Source of the DNA: Planctomycetota bacterium
GTDB taxonomy: Bacteria; Planctomycetota; SZUA-567; H5-PLA8
NCBI GenBank assembly: GCA_038227875.1
Contig: JBBRPR010000030.1
Span: forward strand, 35,923 to 99,922
Length of the DNA stretch: 64,000 nucleotides
Reading direction: 5' to 3'
Below, in pieces: positions 26,254 through 36,283 of the stretch. The stretch's first letter is position 1. Each line of letters opens with the position of its first letter. The notes below the pieces were generated by a model. It worked only from the letters and a program-made list of their open reading frames with translations, was not told the origin of the DNA and did no database searches. Made by a program: the position numbers and the translations under genes.

Positions 26254-26547
26254 TTAGCGCCGCTTCTCGTCGCTACCGGTCGCCTTCATCACGATCTTGT
26301 CGTTCCAGAACTGAAAAACCACTTCTCCATCCGAACACTTGTACGTCCACGTTTCCGTCGAGCCCAGCATCGGCACGTCCATCATCTGCAGATCGTCCGG
26401 CTTGCCCAGCGCATCGCGCAGCTTATCCTTCTTCTTGATGCCATTGGCCTTCGCAATCAGATCCTGTTTCGTCGGCGTCCCGCAGCCGCTGAGCAGCAGC
26501 AGAGACAACACTGTCACAACTCCGCCCGCGCGCCTCCGCATAATCAA
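26254..26547 (-). CDS. Small lipoprotein inside the nuo operon
   Basis: Basic N-terminus, lipobox LLSGC, LGKPD...ETWTY (BamE/SmpA-like pattern). Confidence 0.7.
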   Translation of the reverse strand: MIMRRRAGGVVTVLSLLLLSGCGTPTKQDLIAKANGIKKKDKLRDALGKPDDLQMMDVPMLGSTETWTYKCSDGEVVFQFWNDKIVMKATGSDEKRR

Positions 26548-26552
26548 CTCCG

Positions 26553-27770
26553 TTACCGGTCCACTTCCGGCAGCACGATGTCAAAGCACCCGATCACCGC
26601 AATCACGTCGCCGATCAGCAATCCGCGCGTGACTTCTTCGAAGCAATTGAGCGCCGTGTACGATCCCGTGCGGATCTTGATGCGCACCGGCTTGTCCGAA
26701 CCGTCGCTGATGATGTAGTAGCCCGTCTCGCCGCGCGGATTTTCGCTGCGCACGTACACTTCGCCGCGCTTCACCTTCAGGCGACCCGGCAAGCGCGCCT
26801 GGTACTGGCGGTCAGGATGATCGGCCGGCAACTTCTCGTTCTCGCGCATCATCGCCGCGATCTGTTTGACGATCTTGATCGATTCGAAGACTTCCTTCAC
26901 GCGCACCACATAGCGGTCGTAACAGTCGCCCAGCGTCCCGTGGGGATTGCTGCCGCCCGGGAGGCCGCCGTCGCCGATCGGCACTTCAAACTTGAGCTGC
27001 GGGTAAATCGAGTACGGATCGTCGCGGCGCACGTCGAACTTCACGCCCGAACCGCGCAGATTCGGTCCGACCAGGCCCCAGTTGATCGCTTGCTCCGGCG
27101 AGACGATGCCGACGTTGCAGAGTCGTTCCTTGAAGATTGAATTGCCGGTGATCAGTTCGTTGAATTCGACCATGCGCGGCCAGAGGTAATCGGCGAACTG
27201 GTCGCACTTGTCGATGAATCCCGGAGGCGCGTCGTACGAGACGCCGCCGACGGTCATGTAATTGTAGGTCAGGCGCGCACCGCAGACTTCTTCGAAGATA
27301 TCGTTGACCAGTTCGCGGTGGCAGATGCCGTGCAAAAACGGCGTGTATGCGCCCATGTCCATCGCCAGCGCGCCGACGCAGATCATGTGGCTGCTGATGC
27401 GGTTGAGCTCCGCGACCATCACGCGCATCAGTTCCGCGCGCAGCGGCACCTTGATGTTGCCCAGCTTCTCCGCTCCCAGCGCGTACGCGTGGTTGGAATT
27501 CATCGAGCAGAGGTAATCGACGCGATCGGTGTACGGCATGAACTGACGGTAGTCGACGTACTCGCCGATCTTCTCGATCGCGCGGTGCAGGTAGCCAATG
27601 TCCGGGCGCGCCGCGACGACGACTTCGCCGTCGGTGACGACTTCCAGGCGCAGCACGCCGTGCGTCGACGGGTGATGCGGTCCCATCGACAGGACCATCT
27701 CTTCCGACTGCATGCGGCCCTTCTCGTCTTTCACGTCGGTCTCGAGAAGATTTTGCGCAACCATGGGCAT
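26553..27770 (-). CDS. nuoD: NADH-quinone oxidoreductase subunit D
   Basis: MGPHHPSTHGVLRL, GYLHRAIEK, DRVDY, ENPRGE, DIVLPEVDR; no Ni-binding CxxC. Confidence 0.93.
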   Translation of the reverse strand: MPMVAQNLLETDVKDEKGRMQSEEMVLSMGPHHPSTHGVLRLEVVTDGEVVVAARPDIGYLHRAIEKIGEYVDYRQFMPYTDRVDYLCSMNSNHAYALGAEKLGNIKVPLRAELMRVMVAELNRISSHMICVGALAMDMGAYTPFLHGICHRELVNDIFEEVCGARLTYNYMTVGGVSYDAPPGFIDKCDQFADYLWPRMVEFNELITGNSIFKERLCNVGIVSPEQAINWGLVGPNLRGSGVKFDVRRDDPYSIYPQLKFEVPIGDGGLPGGSNPHGTLGDCYDRYVVRVKEVFESIKIVKQIAAMMRENEKLPADHPDRQYQARLPGRLKVKRGEVYVRSENPRGETGYYIISDGSDKPVRIKIRTGSYTALNCFEEVTRGLLIGDVIAVIGCFDIVLPEVDR

Positions 27771-27799
27771 GGGTCAGTACCTCGTGTTGTCTTTCGGAG

Positions 27800-28369
27800 T
27801 TATTTCTTCTCGGCCAGGCCGAGCTTTTCGAGCAACTGCTTCTCTTGCAGTTCGCGTTCGGCGATGCCGCGTTCGACTTCGTCGGCAAAGAACTGATCGG
27901 CGCGGACCGTCGGGATGCCGTGGTAATCCATCGGGTACTCGTAATCCTTGCGGCCCGGCCAGCCTACCCAGTCCGGCGGATTGATGATTCGCCGCAGGTC
28001 GGGATGGTTCTTGAAGATGATGCCGTAAAGATCGTACGCTTCGCGTTCGAAGAAATTCGCGACCATCCACAAGTCGACGACCGAGGCCACTTCCGGCGTC
28101 TCGCGTCCGAGCACCACCTTGACCATGAACTTGTGATTGAACTTGAAGCTGTGCAGCGGATAGACGACCCACAACTCGCGCCCGGTGTCGGCGCTATTGA
28201 GGCTCATCAGACTGTCGAAGTACAGTTCCGGATCATCTTTGAGAAACTTTAAGATTTCATACGCCTGCTCCGTCGGCAGAATCGCGAACCGGTCGCCCGA
28301 GTCCACCTTCGGCGCGTCGACGCCCGGAAACTTCGCTTTCACTTTTGCTACGATGGCATCGAAATCCAT
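27800..28369 (-). CDS. nuoC: NADH-quinone oxidoreductase subunit C
   Basis: SVVDLWMVANFFEREAYDLYGIIFKNHPDLRRI...RKDY. Confidence 0.92.
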   Translation of the reverse strand: MDFDAIVAKVKAKFPGVDAPKVDSGDRFAILPTEQAYEILKFLKDDPELYFDSLMSLNSADTGRELWVVYPLHSFKFNHKFMVKVVLGRETPEVASVVDLWMVANFFEREAYDLYGIIFKNHPDLRRIINPPDWVGWPGRKDYEYPMDYHGIPTVRADQFFADEVERGIAERELQEKQLLEKLGLAEKK

Positions 28370-28419
28370 GCACGTCGCTTCCTGTGTTTTGAATCGAATC
28401 GTTCGAATTTTAAATCAGA

Positions 28420-28458
28420 CACTGACTGACCGAATCGGTTCGATTCGGCCAGTCAGTG
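28420..28458. other. Intra-operonic stem-loop between nuoB and nuoC
   Basis: CACTGACTGACCGAATCG-GTT-CGATTCGGCCAGTCAGTG, 18-bp stem with one non-Watson-Crick pair. Confidence 0.55.
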
Positions 28459-28470
28459 CAACTATTGTCG

Positions 28471-29028
28471 TTAGTGCGCGCCCGCCACCGCCGGAGCCCC
28501 TTCACCGATTACAATCGGCTCACGCTTCGGCAGTACTTTCCCTTCCTTGCGCAGCACGTGCTCGAGATGGATCTTCTCGCGCAGCTTGAACACGCCTTCA
28601 ATCAACGCCTCCGGGCGCGGCGGACAGCCGGGCACGTAAACGTCGACAGGAATATACTTGTCAATGCCCTTCAACACCGAGTAGCTGTACTTGCAGAACG
28701 GGCCGCCCGCGTTCGCGCACGAACCCATCGAGATCACCCACTTCGGTTCCGGCATCTGTTCGTACAAGCGCTTCACGCGGCTGGCCATTTTGTGCGTGAT
28801 GGTTCCGGCGACGATCATCAAGTCCGCCTGGCGCGGCGTCGAACGTGGAATCATGCCGAAGCGGTCGACGTCGAATTTGCTCGCACCCGTCTGCATCAAT
28901 TCAATACCACAACAGGCCGTGGCAAAGAGCAGGTACCAGAGCGAGTGTTCCTTGCCGAGATTCAGCAGCGTATCGACGTTCGCGAAGATGATGCTGTTTT
29001 CATCGGCCTTGTGTTGAAGAATACCCAT
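28471..29028 (-). CDS. nuoB: NADH-quinone oxidoreductase subunit B
   Basis: [39 protein letters not shown]. Confidence 0.95.
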   Translation of the reverse strand: MGILQHKADENSIIFANVDTLLNLGKEHSLWYLLFATACCGIELMQTGASKFDVDRFGMIPRSTPRQADLMIVAGTITHKMASRVKRLYEQMPEPKWVISMGSCANAGGPFCKYSYSVLKGIDKYIPVDVYVPGCPPRPEALIEGVFKLREKIHLEHVLRKEGKVLPKREPIVIGEGAPAVAGAH

Positions 29029-29071
29029 GGTTGTTCCTCAGACCAGCAACATGCATTGCAATACGAAAGCG

Positions 29072-29566
29072 TTACACCGCTTCCGCTTTTTCCGACGGCG
29101 CGATCGGAGCGGCTGAAATGGTCTGCCACGAACGCAGTCCCACGTCGGTCGGCTTCCGGTACGTGCGGATCCAGCCGAGGTCGCCCTTCCTCCAGATGTA
29201 GATCAAACCCAGGAACAGCACGACGATGAAGAAAAACATTTCCGAGAACACCACCAGCGCCGCATTCCAGTTTCTGGGATCCTGAGTCAACCCTTTGAAA
29301 ATCACCGCGACCGGATAAATCAGCGCCATTTCCACATCGAACAGCACGAACACCAGCGCCACGACATAGAAGCGAATGTTGAACCGCAGCCACGCCGTAC
29401 CCACGGGATCTTCACCGCACTCGTACGATAACTGCTTTTCCTTGGTGGGGTTATGAGGGCTGACGAGATGCGACAAGGTCATCAGCGTATTGGTTAGAAC
29501 GCCCGCCAGAATCAACAGCAGCAGCGCCGTTCCGTACTGCATCACTTCAAGATTTGGATCCATCAC
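29072..29566 (-). CDS. nuoA: NADH-quinone oxidoreductase subunit A
   Basis: YECGEDP, RFYVVALVFVLFDVE, YIWRKGDL. Confidence 0.94.
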   Translation of the reverse strand: MMDPNLEVMQYGTALLLLILAGVLTNTLMTLSHLVSPHNPTKEKQLSYECGEDPVGTAWLRFNIRFYVVALVFVLFDVEMALIYPVAVIFKGLTQDPRNWNAALVVFSEMFFFIVVLFLGLIYIWRKGDLGWIRTYRKPTDVGLRSWQTISAAPIAPSEKAEAV

Positions 29567-29744
29567 CTACCTCTTGCCTAAGTCCGGTCGAACCTGTTGC
29601 ATTCATTTATAGTTGCGCCGAGCAAAGCTGTCAAACGCGGGCGTGCCTTTACTTTTAAGGTGTGAAGACTCTAACAACGGCCGAAAAGCCGTCGAATTCC
29701 CACCTCTTAGAAAGCGCTCGGGGCTTGGAGGAAAAACGTTCCGC

Positions 29745-32462
29745 CTACTTGATCATTGCCTTGATCAATCCCGCCACGCCGTCCAGCGCCTCCTGCACTT
29801 TCGCGGTGTCCGTGCCCCCGCCCTGCGCCATGTCCGGCTTGCCGCCGCCTTTGCCGCCGACTTTTGGCGCGACGTCCTTCAGCAGATTTCCCGCATGCAA
29901 GCCGCGCGCGACCAATTCCGGTGGAATGCTCACCAGCAGCGCCACCTTGCCGTCCTTCGCGCCGGCCAGAAACACGCCGCCCTCTTTGAAATTCTTGCGA
30001 ATGCCGTCGAGCGTCGTGCGCAGGCCGCCCGCGTCGTTGCCTTCCACGTTCGCGATCAGGAACTTAGCGCCGCCGATCTCCTGGACCTTGCTGAGCAGAT
30101 CGCCGGCCGCCGCGTTCGCCGCTTTCTTGCGCAGGCTTTCCAGTTCGCGGTCGAGTCCTGCCTTCTCGCTCTGCAGCGCCGTGAAGCGTTCGAAGACCGC
30201 TTCCTTCTTCGTCTTCAGCAGCAACGCGAGTTTATTGAGCAGCTCATCCGTGCGCCGCGCGTCTGCGACGGCGTTCAAGCCCGTCAGCGCTTCGATGCGC
30301 CGCACACCCGCCGCGACCGAACTTTCCGACACGATGCGGAAGTACCCGATCTCACCGGTGCGGTGGCAGTGCGTGCCGCCGCAGAGTTCCACCGACGGCC
30401 CCATCTGGACCACGCGCACGCGTTCGCCGTACTTTTCGCCAAACAGCGCCATCGCGCCCTTCGCCTTCGCGTCAGCGATGCCCATTTCCTGCGTGTCGAT
30501 CGGGAAGTCCTGCGTGATCATCCCGTTGACCCGCGTTTCGATTTCCGCCAGCTGCTCCGGCTTGATCTGCTCGAAATGCGTGAAGTCGAAGCGCAACCGT
30601 TCCGGCGAGACCAGCGATCCGCGCTGCTCGACATGCGTGCCGAGAATCGCGCGCAGCGCGTTATGCAGCAAATGCGTGCCGGAATGATTTTTGATCGTCG
30701 GCACGCGATGCGCCGTCGCCACTTCCAGCTCGTAGACCTCGCCGACTTTCAACGGCGCTTTCACTTCGAGCTGATGCAGAAACAGCCCTTCCTTCTTGAG
30801 CGTCGTGAGCACCTCCGCGCTCGCTTGCTTAGATCCCGCCTTCAACACCACGCCGCGATCGCCGACCTGCCCGCCGCTCTCGCCATAGAAGGGAGTACGA
30901 TCAAACAACGCCAGTGCCTCGCCGTGCTCCGCGCGGTCGACGAGCTTGTTGTTCTGAATCAGCGCGAGCACCTTTGCTTCGCTCACGACCAGGCTTTCGT
31001 AGCCTTCGAACGACGTCTTCTTGCCCGCGAAATTCGCTTTCAGTTCTTCCACCGGGCCCGATTCGAAAATATCGCGCTTGATCGACGAACCTTCCTGGCT
31101 GCGCTTGATTGCCTCATCAAACGCCTTGTCGAATCCCGCCTTGTCCACCGTGAGCTGCAGCGGCTGCGCCAGTTCCATCGTCAGTTCCAGCGGGAAGCCA
31201 AACGTGTCCCACAACCGGAACGCATCCGCGCCGGGAATCACGGTCTGCTTTTTCTTCTGCAGGTCTTCGACCAAATCTTTGAACACTTCGCGGCCTTGCG
31301 CCAGCGTGCGGCTGAACGCGCTCTCTTCCTCTTCCAGCAGCCGCACCAGCAGATCCGTGCGCGGCAGCAATTCCGGATAGCCCACGCCCATCTGCTTGAT
31401 CACCACCTTCGCCACCGATCCCAACAGCGGACCGGTAATGCCCAGCTCGCGTCCGTCCAGGATCGCGCGACGAATCAAGCGCCGCACGACATAGTTGCGC
31501 CCTTCGTTCTTCGGCGCGATTCCATCCGCAATGCAGAAGACCGCCGCGCGCGTGTGGTCGGTGATGCGCCGCATGCGCCGGTCGTCCTCGAACGCCTTCC
31601 CGTATGTTTTCCCCGACAGTCGTGCCACTTCCTCGACGATCGGTACGAACAAGTCCGTATCGAAGTTGCTGCTCTTGCCCTGAACCACGCGCGCCAGGCG
31701 CTCCAGACCGCCGCCCATGTCGATGTTCTTCTGGCTTAGCGGCTCCAGCTTCGCGACGTCCAACCGATTGAACTGCGTGAAGACCTGGTTGCCCACTTCG
31801 ACGTAGCGGAATTTATCCTTGCTCTGCCCGACTGGCTCCGGCGCGCCCTGTTCGGGCTTGTTGTCGTAGTACATTTCGCTGCACGGACCGCACGGACCGT
31901 TGGGCCCCTGCGACGGCGCGTTGGCCGGCCAGAAATTTTCGTCTTCGCCGTACTCGTAGATGCGCCACGAACCGTCCGGGTTCTGCAGTTCCGGCGCCGT
32001 CTTCTGCCACGCTTCCATCGCTTCGATGTCTTTGGAGATGCCGAGCTTCGGATCGCCGCCGAAAATCGTGACGCTCAGGCGCGACTTCTCCAGTCCGACG
32101 CCGACGTCCGGATCGGTCAGGAATTTCCAGTTGAACGCGATCGATTCCTTCTTGAAGTAGTCGCCGAACGAAAAATGCCCCACCATTTCAAAAAACGTGT
32201 GATGGCTGGGCGTGCGGCCCACGTTGTCGATGTCCGCTGCGCGGATGCACTTCTGCACCGTGACCGCGCGCTGCCGCGTGAAGTCCAGCTTGGCGCGCCC
32301 GAGGAAGTGATCCTTGAACTGATTCATTCCGGCGCCCGTGAAGAGCAGACTCGGATCGTTCTGCGGCACCAGCGAATCGGACGCGACCTGCAGGTGCCCT
32401 TCGCTCACAAAAAACGCAAACCAGCGGCGGCGGATTTCATCGACGGAAAGAAATTTCGGCAT
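29745..32462 (-). CDS. alaS: Alanine--tRNA ligase
   Basis: DPSLLFTGAGMNQFK, HHTFFEM, GPCGPCSE, TPFYGESGGQVGD, editing NHSGTHLL / ELCGGTH, GGKGGG. Confidence 0.98.
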   Translation of the reverse strand: MPKFLSVDEIRRRWFAFFVSEGHLQVASDSLVPQNDPSLLFTGAGMNQFKDHFLGRAKLDFTRQRAVTVQKCIRAADIDNVGRTPSHHTFFEMVGHFSFGDYFKKESIAFNWKFLTDPDVGVGLEKSRLSVTIFGGDPKLGISKDIEAMEAWQKTAPELQNPDGSWRIYEYGEDENFWPANAPSQGPNGPCGPCSEMYYDNKPEQGAPEPVGQSKDKFRYVEVGNQVFTQFNRLDVAKLEPLSQKNIDMGGGLERLARVVQGKSSNFDTDLFVPIVEEVARLSGKTYGKAFEDDRRMRRITDHTRAAVFCIADGIAPKNEGRNYVVRRLIRRAILDGRELGITGPLLGSVAKVVIKQMGVGYPELLPRTDLLVRLLEEEESAFSRTLAQGREVFKDLVEDLQKKKQTVIPGADAFRLWDTFGFPLELTMELAQPLQLTVDKAGFDKAFDEAIKRSQEGSSIKRDIFESGPVEELKANFAGKKTSFEGYESLVVSEAKVLALIQNNKLVDRAEHGEALALFDRTPFYGESGGQVGDRGVVLKAGSKQASAEVLTTLKKEGLFLHQLEVKAPLKVGEVYELEVATAHRVPTIKNHSGTHLLHNALRAILGTHVEQRGSLVSPERLRFDFTHFEQIKPEQLAEIETRVNGMITQDFPIDTQEMGIADAKAKGAMALFGEKYGERVRVVQMGPSVELCGGTHCHRTGEIGYFRIVSESSVAAGVRRIEALTGLNAVADARRTDELLNKLALLLKTKKEAVFERFTALQSEKAGLDRELESLRKKAANAAAGDLLSKVQEIGGAKFLIANVEGNDAGGLRTTLDGIRKNFKEGGVFLAGAKDGKVALLVSIPPELVARGLHAGNLLKDVAPKVGGKGGGKPDMAQGGGTDTAKVQEALDGVAGLIKAMIK

Positions 32463-32711
32463 GACGGCTCACGACTCCTCTAAAGACTTTTCAGGCCCAA
32501 AAAATCGAGGATAAGCCTCCGCGCACACTTTCGCAAGCCGCGCACGCGGCGAGGGGCTGAACCAGAGATCGGCGAAGCTACGACTGCGTGATGGGTTTGA
32601 GCGGGGCGTGATCCGAAGAATTCAGAACTATGAATGATGAACGCCAACAGGCAGAACTCGGATTCTCCGCCCCGGATTCATCACCCATCAATCATCGTTC
32701 GGAATTCGCAG

Positions 32712-33416
32712 TTAGTCCCTGCTGCGATTCCCCAAAATCCGCAGCAGATATAAAAACAGATTCAAGATGTCCAGGTACAAATTCAGCACCGCGCCCACTA
32801 CATTATCATCCTGGTAATACTGCCGCGTCACTGCCGACGTATCGTACAAAATCCACCCGCTGAACAACGCCGCGCCGAACCACGACATCCAGTAGTTGAC
32901 GTTGGGCATCGGATAAAAAATCGAAACCAGCCCGACGACAATCGCCCCGAGCAGCCCCATCCATAGAAACCCGTACATCCACGAAAAATCCTTGCCGCTG
33001 TAGCGCACGTAAGCCGTCAGCGTCAAAAAAATCGTCGCCGTCAACCCCAACGCCGCTGCGATGGTGCCGATGCCGGCGAACTTTTCATAAATGATCATCA
33101 CCGGTGCGAGCGTAATTCCCGTCACCGCCACAAAGGCAGTCAGAAAGATCCAGCCAAACGGCCCCCTCATGCGCATGAATCCCGCCGCCAGCGCCATCAC
33201 CAATTCCAGTACCAGAAACCCCGTCTGAATCGGCCGCATTTGCGCGTACGGCATCTGCCGGAAAACCAAAATCGACGCGACGCACGCCACCGTCGCCACG
33301 ACCAGCGAATACGTCAACCCGCTATACACCTTCGAAACAAACCGCGCCTGATCTACCGTGAGCGGACTGAAGCGATCTTCAAAACTCAGATTACTATTCG
33401 CAAACGCCATGTTCAT
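32712..33416 (-). CDS. Bax inhibitor-1/YccA family membrane protein
   Basis: About 7 TM; FVSKVY, KDFSWM, ILYDT, NLYLDILNLFLYLLRIL. Confidence 0.9.
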   Translation of the reverse strand: MNMAFANSNLSFEDRFSPLTVDQARFVSKVYSGLTYSLVVATVACVASILVFRQMPYAQMRPIQTGFLVLELVMALAAGFMRMRGPFGWIFLTAFVAVTGITLAPVMIIYEKFAGIGTIAAALGLTATIFLTLTAYVRYSGKDFSWMYGFLWMGLLGAIVVGLVSIFYPMPNVNYWMSWFGAALFSGWILYDTSAVTRQYYQDDNVVGAVLNLYLDILNLFLYLLRILGNRSRD

Positions 33417-33632
33417 TTCTCCACATAAGAAGGCTTGATTGTATTCCGAGCAACGCTCAGTTCATGTAAAGATCGGGAACCGAAATTCATATTGATGAAT
33501 GCTGACCAGCAGGCACGCACCCTCACATTGTGCGCGAAACCGTGGTCGCAAATTTGCGACCACCAAAAACCAAAGGGTAACGGCTCATCAAACTGCTGCG
33601 GCGCGTATCTTGCCTTAAAACCACTCGAACAC

Positions 33633-34955
33633 TCAATTCCCCTTCTGCCCCGCTCCACCCTTCGCTTGCAGCAATTCCACCACTCGGTCCGACCCTTCTG
33701 TACGAGCCAACTCCAGCGGAGTCTGGCCGCTCATGTTCTTGATCGCCGGATCCGCTCCGTGTGCAAGCAGGAACTCCACCGCCGACCGGGCGTGTACGCG
33801 CACCGCTGCATGCAACGGCGTATCCTTCCGAAAATTCAAGGCATTGACATCCGCGCCCTTCTTCTGCAGCAGTTCAATCATTTCGTCGTTCTTCTTTTCA
33901 ATCGCCTTGAACAAGGGCGTCCCGGATAGCGAACTACCACCGCCGTTCACATCCGCTCCTTTTTCAATCAGCAGCAGCGCCACGTCGCTGCTGTCCCGCT
34001 CAGCCGCCGCAGCCAGCGGCGTTTCACCGAACGAATCGGCGAGATTGACATTCGCATCGCGCGCCAGCAACCATTCCACCTGTTCCTTGTTGCCGTACTT
34101 GACCGCTTGCATCAGCATCGTGTCGCCCAGTTCATCGCGGTCCTTGATGGCTGTCGGATTCGTCTTCACGAATTGCGCCAGCTCATCCGTCTTGCCCGAC
34201 GACCACCCGTAAAACCGCGCGTGCCCGTGGCCAACCGCCAGCGTCGCCAACACCAGTACCGCGCCAGGCACAATCGCGCACAAACCCAGCCGCGTGAGAC
34301 GCCAAGTTGAGTAGGGAGAACCGGCAGCGACCGCCGGCCCTTCAGCCGCGCCCGCCACCGCACTGTCCAAGCCCCATTCCAGCCCGAGAAAAACGTGAAA
34401 TGCGATGAAATAGAACACCGGAATTGCCACAACCAGCGGCAGCATCCACAGGCTGCCGATCGCACCCGTATCAGACAGCACCATCCGATACGTCAGTGCC
34501 TTACACAAACCAATCGCCCCGGACGCGATCGTAAACCAGGCCTTGCGTCCTTCCTGGACGCCAATAAAAAGCCCCGCTCCCACAAACGCCGCCACGGTCG
34601 CGACGAGCGTCGGCAGATAGGCAAGTGTCACGGATGCAAGCAGCAGGTCAGGGCGGCCCGTAATCAGCCGCGTCGCGCAGCCCGTCACCGCGCTCAGGCC
34701 AATGCTGGCCAGCGCCAGTTGCCACACGCGTTGCGGCCGCTGGATCGTCCACCCCTGCAACCCCACCGAAAGCGATAGCACGCCGCCCGTGCAGATTCCA
34801 AATACGAGATCAGCCAGGTAATTCGACTGCGTCAAAACCGACGACATGCCGACCGCGAGCAACGCGACAAAGCCCACAATCATCCACACAAATGCAGCCG
34901 CGAAACCAATGATCGTGGCAATCACCAACCGCCGGCGACGATCCTGAAAATCCAT
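33633..34955 (-). CDS. Multi-TM protein with C-terminal ankyrin repeats
   Basis: Hydrophobic N-terminal half; GDTMLMQA, GETPLAAA, GTPLFKA, DTPLHAA, GQTPLELA. Confidence 0.85.
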   Translation of the reverse strand: MDFQDRRRRLVIATIIGFAAAFVWMIVGFVALLAVGMSSVLTQSNYLADLVFGICTGGVLSLSVGLQGWTIQRPQRVWQLALASIGLSAVTGCATRLITGRPDLLLASVTLAYLPTLVATVAAFVGAGLFIGVQEGRKAWFTIASGAIGLCKALTYRMVLSDTGAIGSLWMLPLVVAIPVFYFIAFHVFLGLEWGLDSAVAGAAEGPAVAAGSPYSTWRLTRLGLCAIVPGAVLVLATLAVGHGHARFYGWSSGKTDELAQFVKTNPTAIKDRDELGDTMLMQAVKYGNKEQVEWLLARDANVNLADSFGETPLAAAAERDSSDVALLLIEKGADVNGGGSSLSGTPLFKAIEKKNDEMIELLQKKGADVNALNFRKDTPLHAAVRVHARSAVEFLLAHGADPAIKNMSGQTPLELARTEGSDRVVELLQAKGGAGQKGN

Positions 34956-35166
34956 ATTTTCGGATTCCTTTATGAGTCTTTACGAGTGATCGAATAACCT
35001 TGCGCATACTAAGCAACTGACCATTTCTTCACAACTCGCTTCCAAGTGGGCCGGCAGCTCCCTCCGACTCTACTCGTGCGCAAATCGCGTCGTGAATTTG
35101 CAAAACTCATGGCCGAATTCTGCGTCGATAGTGAGGTGAATTGAATCTTCATGGAGGGAGCCCATC

Positions 35167-35593
35167 ATGAATCAAACCGTCAGGACGTCGTATTTTATCT
35201 TTGCCGCCATAGCAGTTGTTGCGGCTTTAGGCATTGGCACGTCGGTTTTCGGCGCACGACAATGTGCTTCCGCCCAAGCAAGGGGTGCAAGGTCACGCAA
35301 CCATGAGGTTCATCAGCGGCGTTCCTCGCCCGCCAGAAGCACGCTCAGGGGATTCCGAGAGTCCCTTTTCCGGCACGATCTACGTATTTAAGGGACATTT
35401 CAATGGCAGCAGACCCGACCTGAACAGTGCGTACGTCGTTGCCTCAGCGACGAACGGAACTTTCAAAATTGCGTTGGAGCCCGGTGATTATAGTCTGGTG
35501 ATGCAGAGTGACAATCGGTCGCCCACGAACATAACGGTCACTCCAAACGTTTGGCTGCAGGTCACCCTGTCAGGCGAAATCATGGGCTGTTAA
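35167..35593 (+). pseudogene. Exported carboxypeptidase-regulatory-like protein split by a frameshift
   Basis: Signal peptide in one frame (35167, GGAGGGAG RBS); mature domain QGVQG...TNGTFKIALEPGDYSL in the +1 frame; switch near 35245-35260. Confidence 0.55.
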
Positions 35594-35614
35594 TCCGCCG
35601 CCGAACGTGTGGCT

Positions 35615-36076
35615 TCATTTTGCAGGCCACGTCTTCTGCAACGCTTCATCCGACACGCCATCGAATTCCCGCAGCGCGTACTTGGCCTTGAACGCCGCCA
35701 GATCCGCCGCCTGCGGTTCAACATGCAGCGTAATGTTGTTCTGGCAGAAGTGAAACGTGGAGTAATACCATTTCCCGTCCGAAGCCTTGCCCACAAAGAT
35801 ATCGTTGAACCCAGGGTCGTGGTACTTTCCCTCGCCCACGATCCACTCGCCATTCTTCATCACCGCGATCTGCGCGGAAGTCCAGTCTGGCGCCTCAATC
35901 CCCGCAATTTCCTGAGCACGCCACGCCGGATCATCCGCAAACCGCGCGACCCTCACGACCGCCGCATCCTTCCACGCCCGCCGCGCCGCCCACGGGGCAT
36001 ACCGCGCCCGCACCACCACCGCGACGAACGTCAGCGAGGTGAGCACGAGGACTGCGATGATCAGCTTTCGTTTCAT
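35615..36076 (-). CDS. Hypothetical protein with N-terminal membrane anchor
   Basis: MKRKLIIAVLVLTSLTFVAVVV; 153 aa, coding-like. Confidence 0.7.
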   Translation of the reverse strand: MKRKLIIAVLVLTSLTFVAVVVRARYAPWAARRAWKDAAVVRVARFADDPAWRAQEIAGIEAPDWTSAQIAVMKNGEWIVGEGKYHDPGFNDIFVGKASDGKWYYSTFHFCQNNITLHVEPQAADLAAFKAKYALREFDGVSDEALQKTWPAK

Positions 36077-36283
36077 TTCGCGCCTTCTTGAACGCGAGCA
36101 TAGCTCACAACGAGGCGGACCGACTACTTTTAGCCGGACGTATAATGCGTGCAGAGATTCTGGATTGGAATCGCGGATCTAGCCTCTGCGGGAGCGGCCC
36201 CAACCGACCACCGACGACTTTAAGCCGGACTGAAATAGAATGCGGTGTTTCATCGTCGGCCAAAGAAGCCGAGCCGCCGACTA

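Noticed and set aside
26553..29028. NuoB/C/D as a group 4 [NiFe]-hydrogenase
   Set aside because: The large subunit lacks both Ni-binding CxxC motifs and ends in the NuoD-type DIVLPEVDR.
20651..33416. Caspase-like gene plus Bax-inhibitor gene as a programmed cell death module
   Set aside because: They are 11 kb apart, separated by nuo genes and alaS; YccA-family genes are widespread housekeeping genes.
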